From the human T2T-CHM13v2.0 reference genome, Homo sapiens: DNA of 64,000 nucleotides. Position numbers and translations under genes: made by a program. The DNA is taken from assembly GCA_009914755.4 (NCBI GenBank), contig CP086569.2, positions 19,488,001 to 19,552,000 on the forward strand. Direction: 5' to 3'. The notes beneath the pieces were generated by a model. It was given only the letters and a program-made list of their open reading frames with translations. It ran no database searches and was not told the DNA's origin. Positions 13,553 to 26,658 of the stretch are shown piece by piece (within the stretch, counting starts at the first letter, position 1; the number at the start of each line of letters is the position of its first letter).

Positions 13553-13853
13553 GGGCTCGTGGAAGTGTAGTAAGAAGGAGCCTGGTCTCTCCTAGTTGCT
13601 ATATCCTTTAGTGCAAGCCAGCCTATTTAGATTAGTATTTGGTTTTACCACATTGAGGCAGCCTTTAGCTGGTGACTTTTTTATACAACAGTCCTTATTA
13701 TATTTTTTACTCCCTTCTGGACATTTATTCTTTCAATATTTTTCTTTCCCATCGCACATATTGTTCTCTCTTTAGCCTCAACTGGCTTTTTGGACTAACT
13801 TGACCTCTTTCACATGCACATGCAAGTCCATGTCCTTGTATATACCTGGTCAC

Positions 13854-13879
13854 TTTTTTTTTTTTTTTTTTTTTTTTTT
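13854..13879. repeat. poly(T) tract (~26 nt)
   Basis: Read directly. Confidence 0.9.
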
Positions 13880-13929
13880 AATGAAAGTGCTGCTAAGAGA
13901 TTGGCCTCTCTTTTTTAGCCTGTGATTTA

Positions 13930-13931
<2 letters not shown>

Positions 13932-13962
<31 letters not shown>
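13932..13962. repeat. poly(T) tract (~31 nt)
   Basis: Read directly. About 50 bp from the previous tract. Confidence 0.9.
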
Positions 13963-13966
<4 letters not shown>

Positions 13967-14095
13967 CCTGGTAATAGTTAACATATATTTTGACAGCCAT
14001 TCCTATAAACTGGGATGTATTCATGCCTGCAAAACCCTGTAGCATTTGCAGCTTTTGCTGGATGTCACCCTTGGCCTGTCTTATAAATGCTGTGT

Positions 14096-14386
14096 TTACC
14101 ATGTGCTAATTTTCAGTAGCCTCAGTGTCAAATGGGGTTTAAAACCAGATTGTTTTACAAAGCTGTTTAAATAAAACTGGCTTGGTTTTTTATCTTTCTG
14201 AAGCATTTTGAATTTTTTTATATTAATTTCTTTTTTTTCCACAAGCTTTTGTCTCTGGCAAATGTGCCTCCCAGTACCTCTGCAGGCACTGATGCTGGCT
14301 TGCGTTATCTGGGTCTTAGTTGAGGCCTGCTTCTGGAAACTGATCCTGAGTATATGCCTGAGCATTTTCTGTGTTTGCTCATGCAT
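14096..14386 (-). pseudogene. gag: Possible Gag nucleocapsid remnant (degenerate CCHC knuckle)
   Basis: The minus-strand ORF contains 'CRGTGRHICQRQK', a C-x2-C-like / G-x-H / C pattern, upstream of the protease as expected for gag-pro order. Confidence 0.25.
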
Positions 14387-16076
14387 TGGCTTCTAGCCAA
14401 TGAAGGGCTGCCTGAGTTATCCCCTGGCATTCCTTTGTATTAAACAACATTAAGAGAAGTTGCCTGCAATTTAGCCAGGTTGGATTGTGTGATAGAAAGA
14501 TGGACTGCAATAGGTTTATGAGAGCTTTGGGCTTTTCCCTGTAGGAGGGAGTGTGATGGTTTAAATTTAGTAGATTGGTGGTTGAAAAGGGCTGAGAGAG
14601 GAAGGCTTCTTGCCCCCCACAACCTGGATGTGGCGCTGGTCATTATAGTAGATGAGTCCTCATATTTCCCTGAGAGGCAGTTGCATAGCTTGAGGATGAC
14701 CAGATTTGAGACAGCCTGGTTGACTATTGTGACTTCCTTCCCTGGCCTCTCAAGTCTCCGATTCTTCTCTCTGTGGTGAAACTTGGGGAATGCTGGCAAT
14801 GGAACCAGGCTCCTGGGGGACTGTTGGCTTCAGCAAAGGGAGGTAGGCTGTGATATATGCAGGAGAAATTTATTTTCCTCTTCTGGCTTTTGTAAAACTG
14901 GTTTTTCTTGCTGTCCTGAGGACTTTTCCTTTAACTGAGTGTTTGCTGATGAAGCTGCTGTTATTTCACTTTTGGTTCAGCTAGCGCTATAAGTGTTTAT
15001 CAGTAGGCAGCTAAACAGGGCTCGGTACATGCTGTTCCTGTTTGTATTATATGTAATTATGAGTAAATATAAGAAAATTGGCCTGGGTGCCCTGGCTGTC
15101 CTTGGACCCCTGTCATTACCTCAAACTCATTTCCAGTTGTTTCTCTGGGTAGTCTTTTTGGGTCATCTATTTAACGCCAAAAGAGGGCTATTTTAGGTTA
15201 CAGAAAGTTTTTCACTTTTGGGGGGTTAGCTTAATTTTATAGTTCCCCGTAAAACCTTTCTCATTTTTTTTTTTTAGCATATATTTGAATGGTATATGTT
15301 TTGATGACTCTCTTCCCATTTTCTCCCAGTTATGATGCAGTACACTCGTGCTCACTTTTTACTTTTGTTTTGCACCAGCTAGACCTAGTCCTATTATGGG
15401 GGTTTTTAGATATCACTTAGATTTGGAGAGTTTCTTAAGCCCACCACAAGTGCTGTAGTTGTGAGGTAGCTTCCGTTAGCCATATGCGGATCACAACTAG
15501 TCTTAGTCAGCCACACATTTGGCTTGGAGTACAGTCTTCACTAAGAGACTTGTGGTTCCTCACTTCGTGGCTGATGAGCCTAGTTAGGCCTCTCCATTCA
15601 CACACTTCCCCACACCATCCTGCTACCAGTTCCCATGTTCCCAGTTGGGGTGGTGAGCCACTTTCCCTACGTCCAGTTTCCTTCTGAGCTGACTTAGCAG
15701 GCTACTCTCACATGCTCTGTTGGTTGGGTTGTAAGTTTCTTCTGAATTAGTGAGACACTCTCGTTGTCTGCAGCCCTTCTTGGTCGGATTACCAGTTATG
15801 CCCTAGGAGGTGATTAGGCTCCTTTTCTGTCCTTATGGGACAGGTCATCCCTTGGGTCCCAATACCTTACTGTGGTTTCTGAAGTGAGCTGTTCCTGCAA
15901 TCATCCTGTAGCCCATTAGATACCATTGCATTGCTGGGTAGGGGCACTGGGTCACAAATGGGCTGATCTCCCAACCAGGCTGAATTTCTCCCGATGGTGC
16001 TGCTGGGTCTCAGGACTCCTGAGACCCAGGGCTTAAGCTCCTAGAGGCAAAGGAGACAGTAAACCTGTCATCTCCT

Positions 16077-16094
16077 CTCCTAGCTGGCTGGTCA
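16077..16094 (-). other. Primer-binding-site-like sequence complementary to the 3' end of tRNA-Arg(ACG)
   Basis: Minus strand reads TGACCAGCCAGCTAGGAG. The tRNA-Arg PBS is TGGCGAGCCAGCCAGGAG, a 15/18 match. It lies immediately inside the LTR boundary in proviral orientation. Confidence 0.4.
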
Positions 16095-16098
16095 ATAA

Positions 16099-16650
16099 TG
16101 TTGCAAGAAGCAGAGGACCAAAGAGACCTATATGGGGAAAAAGGAAGATTTAATTAGGTGCCCTGGCTCAGTGGACTGATATCCCAAAAGGCTGATCATT
16201 GAACAAAGACTGAGTGGGGTATTTATAAGCAAAATTACAAAAGCAGAAGTAAAGAAGCCACTTAAACAATGATAGGTTACATAATTTATAGCATAAGATT
16301 TGACTTACCGTAACTTGTAGCCTTGCATAGCTTGTGGCCTTGCAGCTGTTAAAAAACTAACAAAAAAACAAAAAACAAAAAAAGGAAAAACAAAAAAGAG
16401 TAACTTTTAATTGTACTAAATACAAGCATTCGGAAACATAGTCAAAATTAATGGTCCAGAGAAGGAGAGAGAGCATTGGTATCCATTTTTCTTTTCAACT
16501 TTGCTCTGGAGTTGGCTGTTTGCAACCCATTCCTTTGGCCTTCTCTTTTGAAACAGTGTTATCTTATAACTCTTTTGAAACAGTGTTGTCTTATAACCTT
16601 CCTTGGAATCAGCTGGCTAAGCAGAAGACATTTTTTTTTTCCTTTTCTAT
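16099..16650 (-). mobile_element. 5' LTR of the class-I ERV; contains a 26-bp x2 internal tandem repeat at ~16545-16600
   Basis: Aligns to 7934-8420. The internal repeat reads 'ctcttttgaaacagtgtt(a/g)tcttataac' x2. Confidence 0.6.
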
Positions 16651-16921
16651 TTAACCCTCGTCTTGCCACACTGGCACTTTTGGAAGAGAAACATATTCAA
16701 CATGCAGACACTGAAGCTCCAGCCTGCAAGTATACAGTCAGTTCTCTGTGCTGTAGGGCTCAGGTATGGTTAGAAGTCTTCTCATGACTCAAATCACAGC
16801 CTGGGTAACCCACTGGTCTAGTTCCTAAAAACATTCACTTCTATTGTTTCAATAATCATGCTCCAGATCCCACTGCCACGTTTGAATTTATTGCAATGAT
16901 ATGGAAGTGAGAACCTTACCC

Positions 16922-17231
16922 AGCCCAGGCACTGTGGCTCATACCTGTAATCTCAGCATTTTAGGAGGCAGAGGTGGGCAGATTAACTGAGGTCAGGAGT
17001 TTGAGACAAGCCTGGACAACACAGTGAAGCCCCATTTCAACTAAATATACCAAAATTCACTGAGTGTGGTGGCCCACACCAGTAATCCAGACTACTTGGG
17101 AGGCTGAGGCAGGGGAAACACTTGAACTTGAGAGGCAGAGGTTTCAGGGAGTGAAGGTCATTCCACTGCATTCCAGCCTGGGTGACAGAGTGAGACTCTG
17201 CCCTCACTCACCAAAAAACAAAAACAAAAAA
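16922..17231 (+). mobile_element. Alu SINE
   Basis: 'agcccaggcactgtggctcatacctgtaatctcagcattttaggaggcagaggtgggc' ... 'ccaaaaaacaaaaacaaaaaac'. Confidence 0.9.
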
Positions 17232-18500
17232 CTTATCTGCTTATATTTCAATGCCAAAATATTTTTAAATGACTGTTTCTTGATGTGTATAATTGTTCCA
17301 ACTTCCAACTGGAGAAATAACCTCCATTTGTTTACTTTCACAGATTGTGTACATTTGTGTTTGATCTTAATGAGCTGAGTCTATTCACAGAACTATGAAG
17401 ATGCTTATTAATACCGTATTGTATGTTCTATATGTCCAGTTTAGCAAATATGCCTTACCCACTTATTTGCTAAAAAAATCCTTTTTTTCTCCTCATAATT
17501 TAGATGATTCTCAAAGATGACACATCATTTTGCAATCTGATTCTAACTTCTATACTGCCAAATGGTCTGCAAAATTAATCTAAAAAAAAAAAAAAACGAA
17601 CAAAATAAGTGAAGGCTGACAGAGTAAGTAACGTGATTCAGCTGAAGCTAGTCAATCAGGCAGTTGTGCTTACCACAACTTCTGGTCTGTAGGGATGGAG
17701 AGGTTGTGCCTTGATTCAGTGAGTGATTGCTGGGGCATTCTGTCAGAACAAGGCCTGGGGGAAGCACCATGTGATCTGCCCAGGCCTAAGGTTCAGAAGG
17801 AACCAAGGCAAGAATATTACCAATTGCATGAAGATACCAGCAGGTTTCTAAAGAGCTCTATTAGTTTGAAAATAAATTGTTATCCTTGCAGATAGCAAAT
17901 AACGATGCATAAGATCCACAAAACTAATGATTCAAGCACCTAAGTTAATTGCAGTGGCAATAATAAAATGCGTGAAAGCAACAGGTAGCAAAGGAAAGGC
18001 AATTATTACTATTGAAACACCTCTGTGTGTTAAGAAAACACTGTATGTAGCCAGTCTATCCCGCTGACCCTCACAGCAACAATGTATCATGGGTAGGGGG
18101 AGGGGAGGGTAGCTATTCGTCTCCAGAGCAGCACACAAGGCTTTGTCCAGGTGGCTAAACTTCCAGATACATTTCTCTTTTAAGGTTTCTTTTTGCTTTT
18201 GGAAACGGTGTGGATTAGCGTTGTCTGGAGGAAGTGTGCCTGTGTAGCCTGGAGGCTGCACTACCTGTGAGTGCTTCCAAGGTGCCATTCCTTTATTCGT
18301 TAAGTGTTTGCACTTGAGGTTGCTCAGAGACAACTCTGTCCTCTGCAAATATATGTCTTTCTGGAGAACTGGAAGTAATGTTTTTGAAAGCTTTCAGCAA
18401 GTGCAGAGATGGTGAGCTCTTTGCTGGTAGTGGGCTTTTGGCAGTCATGTTAATGACTCTCTGATGGCAACTTCTGAAAGGCTCTTCCAAGTGTCTGGCC

Positions 18501-18550
18501 TCTTGCTTAAGCTCTTTGACTCTTGCTTAAGCTCTTTGACCCTTGCTTAG
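18501..18550. repeat. 20-bp tandem repeat, ~2.5 copies
   Basis: 'tcttgcttaagctctttgac' x2, then 'ccttgcttag'. Confidence 0.75.
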
Positions 18551-19143
18551 TATTAACTACAAACTCAAGGTCAGAACTGGAAGGACTACCTTCTACACCT
18601 CCATTTGGATAATTTGGGATCCTTGATGTAACCATACCTGCTAGAACTCTTTTCTGTCTAAAAGAATTGTTCAAGAAAGCCTGATGTATAACATCATTGC
18701 AGGGTACCATATTGCCACTTATTAATCCACTGACAGAATGATTGTTCAGAGACTGTTTTGGATTGGAGTATACTTTATTCTCTACGTCTGCAGAGTACAA
18801 AAAGGTAATTTCAGATGTCAGTGGACAAGGAAGAAAAGAAAATTCATATACTTGAGAATATCATTTTTTTTTTTTTTTTGAAAAATTGAAGAGAGCAATA
18901 ATAAGGACAAACTTGCACATTAAACAGTTTCTGAAGCCATGGTAGTAACAACGACTAACACTTATTGAGGGCTTATTGTACCAACTACAGCTTCATATGT
19001 CTTTTGTAACCTGGTATAATTTCAGAATCCATTATGAACAATTGGCACATCACAAAAGCTCTGAAAACCAAAAATGTATTCATAACTCATGTGGTGGCAA
19101 AGCGTAGCCAGACTTGAACTCATTTGGTTGAAAAGTTTGACCT

Positions 19144-19450
19144 GGCCGGGCGTGATGGCTCATGCCTGTAATCCCAGCACTTTGGGAGGCCAAGGTGGAT
19201 GGATCGCAAGGTCAGGAGGTCGAGACCATCCTGGCAAACACAGTGAAACCCTGTCTTCTACTAAAAATACAAAACATTAACCAGGCATGGTGGCAGGCAC
19301 TTGTGGTCCCAGCTTCTTGGGAGGCTGAGGCAGGAGAATGGCATGAACCCAGGAGGCAGAGCTTTCAGTGAGCCAAGATAGCACCGTTGCACTCCAGCCT
19401 GGGTGAAAGAATGAGACTCCATCTCAAAAATCAAAAAAATAAAACAAAAT
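19144..19450 (+). mobile_element. Alu SINE with intact 14-bp target-site duplication
   Basis: 'ggccgggcgtgatggctcatgcctgtaatcccagcactttgggaggccaaggtgg'. The TSD 'gaaaagtttgacct' appears at 19130-19143 and again at 19451-19464. Confidence 0.95.
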
Positions 19451-21480
19451 GAAAAGTTTGACCTGAACTGATGTGAACCCATTTAGTATCCTTATTTATC
19501 CCAGCATGAATATTCATACAGTTGACTGGAAAATAATTAATGCATTTCACTACAGCAGGCGCTTCAGAACTTGCATGCTGTGGATTTCCTATGCTATGAA
19601 ATCCACAGCATATGGAATGAGTTTCAGGCAAGGAGGTAAGAATCTGCCTCCACAACAACACTGTGTTCAGGGAACTCTCACAGCTCCCATTTCATAGATG
19701 GGATCTAAAGTTTACTGAGGCTGAGTTACACATTTAGCAGGTCCAATAGCTACTGGACTTCCCTAAGGCAAAGCCAGTACATGCATCTCACTCTCCTGCA
19801 ATGCCTTCCTACGATGCTATTAGAAAGAAGCCTGCCCTCAGCAGTGCACATGCATGCAAACGTTGTATTCTCATTCAACTGCTTTTAACATGAGACTGTG
19901 GTTTCAGCTGTGAGAAGTTTCACAGACAGAACTGACAAAAAAATGAAGTACAGAAATGAGTAGAAATGAGTAAAGAGTTAAGAATCAGTCAAGCTCTTGC
20001 AGAAGAGAGCAAGGGACTTATGAGGAAAGATTGCAAATAGGAACAAGGAAGGCTCAGAATAAGTGTGAGAATACAGTTGAACTGGTAACACATACACACT
20101 TTCTTTGAGCTTGAAAGCAACTGAAGAAGAAAGCATCTAAGCTTCAACATCCTTCTTATGAAGTAGGAAGTGGCAGAGATGTATCCCCAGTGAAGACACA
20201 ATAATAAAATCATAGCAAATCACCATTTATTGAGTATTTTCTTATGTCCCAGACACTGCATTGAAACCCACCTCATGTCATCATTTTCATTATGGCTCAA
20301 TAGGCATAAATTTCCCCTTGCAAATGAGGAAACAGAGGCCCAAGGAAGTTAAGTTAACATGTCCAAGATCAAACAACTAACTTCAAAACTGGGGTCCAAA
20401 AGAAGAACAGTTCTCTGATTCTGAGGGCAACGTTCTCTTTGCTAAATAACCCTTCTCCTCCTATGAGTGCACATCTGTCTATGAAGGAATCTGTAAAACT
20501 ACTGAACTGGTGTTAACATTGGGGTAACAAACAGAAAACAAAATTCTAAGATAAACTTGGAGACTTCTATATCACCACCACAGCTTTCCCATTAGGGACA
20601 TGACGTTCTCCTGAGCCATGAGGCACCTATGAAACAAGTCACTTTTGTTGATGGTCCAGATGGTATTACCAAACTGGATAGGGAGTTTTACTTCTAAGAT
20701 GACACATATTTCTGTGGCTTTTCCTCTAACAAAATAATTACTTAATGTTCAATAAATTGGGATCATTACATTTTCACAAGCATCAGAAGCTTTACAGAAA
20801 GAAAACATATTCATGGGTTTAAAATGTCTCTAACCCGTCTGAGTTTGCTTCAGTTGCAATTTTAAATCAGCCACATGAATAGTTAACTTTGTCATGGAAG
20901 CTTCGTAATCTAGTATCTGGGCCTTCAGCCAGGCAGAATGCACAATATGACAAGATTCAGAGTAGGAAAATAAATTATTTTAAAACAAATCACAGCTTGC
21001 TTCAAAAGGAAAAGTTTTCTCATCCTTTTGTAATCTTTATTTGGGAAGATTTATGCCAGTAAACAACAGGGTCCCTATTTTTAAAATGACAAACAGAACA
21101 CAAATGAGGCGTGTTTCACAGGTTTCATCATCATTTTCGGTCATATCAAAAAATTCTAGAGCATGTGGACAGAAGACACAGTGAATGTTTGAAATCCTCA
21201 GGGTGAGAATCAAGGGAAAACAGTGGATACAATCAGGCACTCTGAAAATTTTACGTTTAGGTGTGTTTGCTTTCTTCTCCATGTTATTACTATTATGAAT
21301 ATAAGATCATATTATCACTAGAGAATTTTCTGAGATGACAAACAGTACCTTTGTTATATTTGGGGGAGTAATGTTTGATGTAAAAATAAATCTGATTTGC
21401 ACAGGTGTGACTTGGGCCAAGTTTACATATTGATGAAGTGTACTGGTATCATAGTGGGACCGGCAAGGAGCAATACTCAC

Positions 21481-21604
21481 TGCATGTTGCAGTTGTATTG
21501 CAGAGCTGGCCTGTGGTTCTTGAACTCCTCATGCTCAGCTATGATAGCATTTTCTGCTTTCTGCAGTTCTTTCTGAAATACCACAATTTCATGAGCCAGC
21601 TGAT
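21481..21604 (-). CDS. Candidate internal coding exon of an unidentified host gene (124 bp, one open frame, flanked by AG acceptor and GTGAGT donor)
   Basis: Minus strand reads '...ttcttaggtctAG|atcagctggctcatgaaattgtggtatttcagaaagaactgcagaaagcagaaaatgctatcatagctgagcatgaggagttcaagaaccacaggccagctctgcaatacaactgcaacatgca|GTGAGTat'. It encodes ..QLAHEIVVFQKELQKAENAIIAEHEEFKNHRPALQYNCNM.., which is coiled-coil-like. The other two frames contain stops. Confidence 0.3.
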
Positions 21605-22932
21605 CTAGACCTAAGAAGTTCAAAAGAAATCCTAGTCATTATCTACCTTAAGTTTTCTTATTTCATTTAACAAAAACATTTAAAGGGGTTTTACATTGTT
21701 GTTTCTTTTCTTTGTACTCATGCAATAAATATAATATTAATTCTATTTAATGAGCTCAGCGTAATCCTGACACCCACATTTCAGAACAAAAGAATTTGGT
21801 GCATTTTAATGTAAACGTGATTACTCTTGGAGTCCTACTCCATGTAAAAGACCCTTTTCAAATCCTCAAATTAACCTAAAAGGTTGTTTCTCTCCTCTAC
21901 CATGCACAGAAGGAGCTCTCTATCTGATCTCCCTGTTGATGACATCCCCAAGATTCAACATAATCTGTGCATCTGTCAGCAGCAGTTGGGATCCAGGCAG
22001 AAAGCAGATGGTTCCCACAGTCAAAGTCATCTAAGGATGCTTTAATAAAGGGTGACTTTTGCAGCATGCCCACAAATGATGGCAAAGCTCACTGAGATAG
22101 TAACAGGGCCACTGTATTAGCACTCCTTGTGCCTGGAGAATCAGAGGAGGGTGCAATTCTCAGCGCTGGAGGGAGAGAGGTGGTGCAGAACACTGGGAAG
22201 AGGTCATCACAGGCACCATGACCTCGCTTGGCTGTGAGGTACAATGGCCAGTCTTCGGCCAGTGTATGTGGAGTCTGTAGTCCTCACCGGCCAAACCCAA
22301 TCAGCAAGCAGAGGGCAAGGGATACCTTGAAACCACCTACAGGCATGTTTGCAGAGTTTAATCCAAGGATCATAAATCCTTCAAATTTAACTTTCCCCTT
22401 ACAAGTACAAAGCATAGTTTTATAATACTGCCTGAATATAAATTACTAAAACATGGAAATCAGGAAGAAAGATATATGGTTTAGGACATGCAAGTTTTCA
22501 TTTCTACTCTCTTTTAAGTAGTGAATAATTACTCATCCTTTTAGCCTTTTCATTCAGCATAAGGTTTTGTTTTGTTATTGGCAAGACTGGGTTTTGACAC
22601 ACTCTAACTCAACCTGGAATTTAAAAAGGAATATTTACAATTGAATAATGACTTTACAGTGCTGCAAAATGAAAATCTGGTATGCTCCTTTAGGCATAGC
22701 GTCAAAATTTAATTAAGGTCACTAAAGAGATGTCTGAATGTCTGCAATAACTACGCTAACAAAAATTATCTTCTGCCCCAGAGTTGACACAGAGGAAACT
22801 TATAGAACATATCCCATGAATCAAGTCCTTCTAAGATTATCACCCCATTTTTCAGAGTCAACCAAGAAACCAGCAACAATCACACATTATAGCAATATAT
22901 ATTTTTTGAATATGAAAAGGTAAGGTAAAAAT

Positions 22933-23545
<613 letters not shown>

Positions 23546-26510
23546 AACATGTGAAGTGCCTCCATTTTCTTAATATACTATAGCTCATATTTGAGTATGA
23601 AAGTCTACAAAGTTCTCACATATGTCAAAGTTGCAAAAATAAATTTTATATACAAAATATTTTGTAAGTACCTGATGTTCTAACTTCCAACAGCAAGCAC
23701 ACGATGAAGACAAAAGTAAAGAAGCAATGGCATGTGAAAAATGCCCCGTATTTTGTTTTAATCTGTAAGACAAAAATGTAATGACAGAATTTTTTCCTGT
23801 TGCTGATGGAAAGAGTGAACAGGCTGCGTGTAGAAAATAATAGTGTTGACCACCTGCTATGACCTAGGCATGTCAATTAGCTCACTACATTTCCTCAACA
23901 GCCCTAAAATTTGGAAAACTTCCTAGAGTTTACAGCTCAAGAATCTGAGTCACAGAATCTGCCCAAAAGCACACAAGCAACTAGACACACAAATAGGTTT
24001 GAAGCAGGACTTCAGGACCCAAGGCACTATCTGCATTTTTCTGTGTGACATTGATTGAAAATAAATATTACTTAATTTACTCCAGCCATCATCCTCTTAG
24101 CCATACAAATAGAAATCCAAGCGTCTCTAGCAGATGACCTAGGATAAATTATTTATCACTAAAATTTCATATATTGGTTAAATCTGTTTCAAAAAACAAT
24201 AATTATTTCTTCCTTTCACCTTCAATTAGTCGATTAGTACTAATGATATAGTCATCCTTTAGCTCAAGTTGTCACCTGAGAATCCGAATGAGTTTCTCAG
24301 TTATCATTCTAGAAAGCCCACTATCAATGCAGGAGCTTATGCGTGGCACAGGTATATCTGAGAGCACTTAACCTGACACTGTGTAAACTTCAAAGTCCCT
24401 CATTACTAAAGCCATAGATAAAATGTCCACTAAAACCCCACCTCAATCCTATAAGACTCAAACACACAAAATAAAGGGTCGTGTTGTCACAAGGTTACTG
24501 AAGTAATCACTTTTCAGTTGGTCTCATCTGACACAAAAAGCAAAGAAAATTAAATTTACACGGCATACAATAGACTCAATTGTAAATGATAATTAGACAA
24601 ACACTTCCAGTCCTCCTGTAATATCTGCACACCCTCAACCAATGTATGAATTTTTGTGCCAAGGGACTAAGAACAGTCCTGAGAGGCAAGTGTCAACAGC
24701 ATCAAATCTGAATTAGCAACACCCAAAGACACACTTTTGCAGTTTCACTTCTCTTTCCCAGCTGTTACAATCTGCCCTTTTGGTTCCAAAAGGAAAAAGA
24801 AACATTCTTATGGGGATCAGCCTCCAAACTCTAACACTTGCCAAAATCATATGCAGATTCCTAAAGCCAGACAGACACCACACAGCCCGTGGAAGCTGTC
24901 ACAATGCTACCAAATAGTTGACTAGCTCCATAACTACATAAAATTAACGCACATACTTTGGTTTATTTATTTCTAAATATGTGGTAACTACAGCAACTTC
25001 CACGTTATTTGTTCTAGCAGAGGAATTGACATAGAAGATGTGGGTAAAACGCCTCATTTAAAAATCGATTTTAAAAGCTGCTATATTTTTTAAAAATAGA
25101 ATTTGTTTAAATAACAACCTCAAGAAACTTTTGCACCTACTATGTAATAAAATATCAATGTCAAATCATGAGGAAGGCAATAAAAACAGGCCAAATAAAT
25201 GCCCCCAAAACCTTTGTTGCATCATTTCCTCGTGGCACATTTACAACAAATATTAACTGGGCACATTTTATGTGCCAGATCCTTTTCCACCCACTGAAAC
25301 GTTACCACATGGGCACAATGTCTTACCCCTGTGATATTATCCACTGATACACAAAACTTAGTGCACAGAAAAGCCAAAGAATCTGTAACTGCTGTTATTC
25401 TCCTTTCCCTTTATCACATTTGCCTCACATAGTTAATTTTAGCCCTTTTATTTTCATTCCTGCTTTGCAGAATTGTGAAGGAATTAAAGGCACATGTTCA
25501 CTGAAAAATACTGTGACCATTGATATAATTTCTATATTGTTAGATATCCATCTTTGTGGCAGTATGAGTGGAGTAGACAAAAAAAAAAGTCACTAAAAGT
25601 GATTATAAACCCAGTTTTACAGCTTATCGAGTAGGCAAGCTGAGCAAGTAACAAGGTACCCTGAAAATTATAGTAAATCACAGACCTCAATAAATGTTAG
25701 AGAAGCCATGAGTAAGAAAAGCAGAGGATTTGCTTCTTTGCACCTTATCTTTTAAAAGGTACCTTATCTCAAACACAGGTAATTATTGGGTATTGATGAA
25801 AATAAAATATGTATTTTTTTCAAACACTAAAGTTTGCATAGAATGTGATTCATAGACTACTTCCTCAGTTTTTGTTATGTTTACACTAACTTATTTTAAA
25901 CATATTTCTTCTTCAAAACAGTCAAACATGTACTTCAGCAGTTTGGTCATAGGTCTCCTCAAGACTCCTTATATTCGCTCCTGCCTTCTAAGTGCCTCAG
26001 TCATGGTGTTATGTTTTTCTTCCTGGGGCTTCTGGGTTCTGAATATAGGAAAGGTATAAAAACTAAATAAGCTACAATAGCTGAGATAACAAATTTAGAA
26101 AAAAAATCCAGTGTTTTTGATTCAACAGACTAAAACTGCTACATGACTATTCCTGCTGGGAAGCAGAAGAAAGAGCTAGAAGTCCTCAGTGTATGAACTA
26201 ATCTACTTACAGTGTATTGAAACTAGCAGAGCCACAGAGCTGTGGTATCTGACGGAGGGGAGTGTGATCTTCTCTAGTGGGAAGTGATTTCCTATAGAAG
26301 ACAATTAAAACTTAAAACAATAGTTGTAGGTGAGTGATGGCCAAAGTCAATTGTGGGATGAAAGAATAATCCTATTAGTTACAAAGGGACAAAAGTGGAT
26401 TCACCTGCTTGATTTCTTATAATGTTCTTTCTAACTGTGGGCTTTAATTAATTATCGCATAGATATTTCAGTGAGAATATTTACTTTTGTCATTTAATAA
26501 TCTATCAGAG

Positions 26511-26658
26511 GTAGCCAAGTGTGGTGGCCAGCACCTAAAATCCCAGCTTTTCAGAAGGCTGAGGCAGGAGGGTCACTTGAGCCCAAGAATTTGAGACTAA
26601 CCTGGACAACATAGCAAAGCCCTGTCTCTTAAAATCAAACAAACAAACAACAAAAACC
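26511..26658 (+). mobile_element. Alu-derived monomer (FLAM/FRAM-like), ~150 bp, (CAAA)n tail
   Basis: 'ggtagccaagtgtggtggccagcacctaaaatcccagcttttcagaaggctgaggcaggagggtcacttgagcccaagaatttgagac' ... 'aaacaaacaaacaacaaaaacc'. Confidence 0.7.

Larger units (their letters stand above)
7934..16650 (-). mobile_element. Degenerate class-I (gammaretrovirus-like) endogenous retrovirus provirus, ~8.7 kb, direct LTR pair, no intact ORFs
   Basis: Two ~0.5-kb direct repeats of roughly 80% identity bound the element, at 7934-8420 and 16099-16650. On the minus strand there are an MLV-type protease remnant, a zinc-knuckle-like Gag remnant, a PBS-like site just inside the right LTR and a polypurine tract next to the left LTR. 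Confidence 0.6.

Noticed and set aside
13854-13962. Two long poly(T) runs 50 bp apart, a possible signature of a minus-strand retroposed insert
   Set aside because: No Alu or L1 body is recognisable next to either run. They are treated as homopolymer expansions inside the decayed ERV.
21897-22425. GC-richer patch with 60-65-aa ORFs on both strands
   Set aside because: No convincing splice-site pair and no recognisable peptide similarity. It is weaker than the 21481-21604 candidate.
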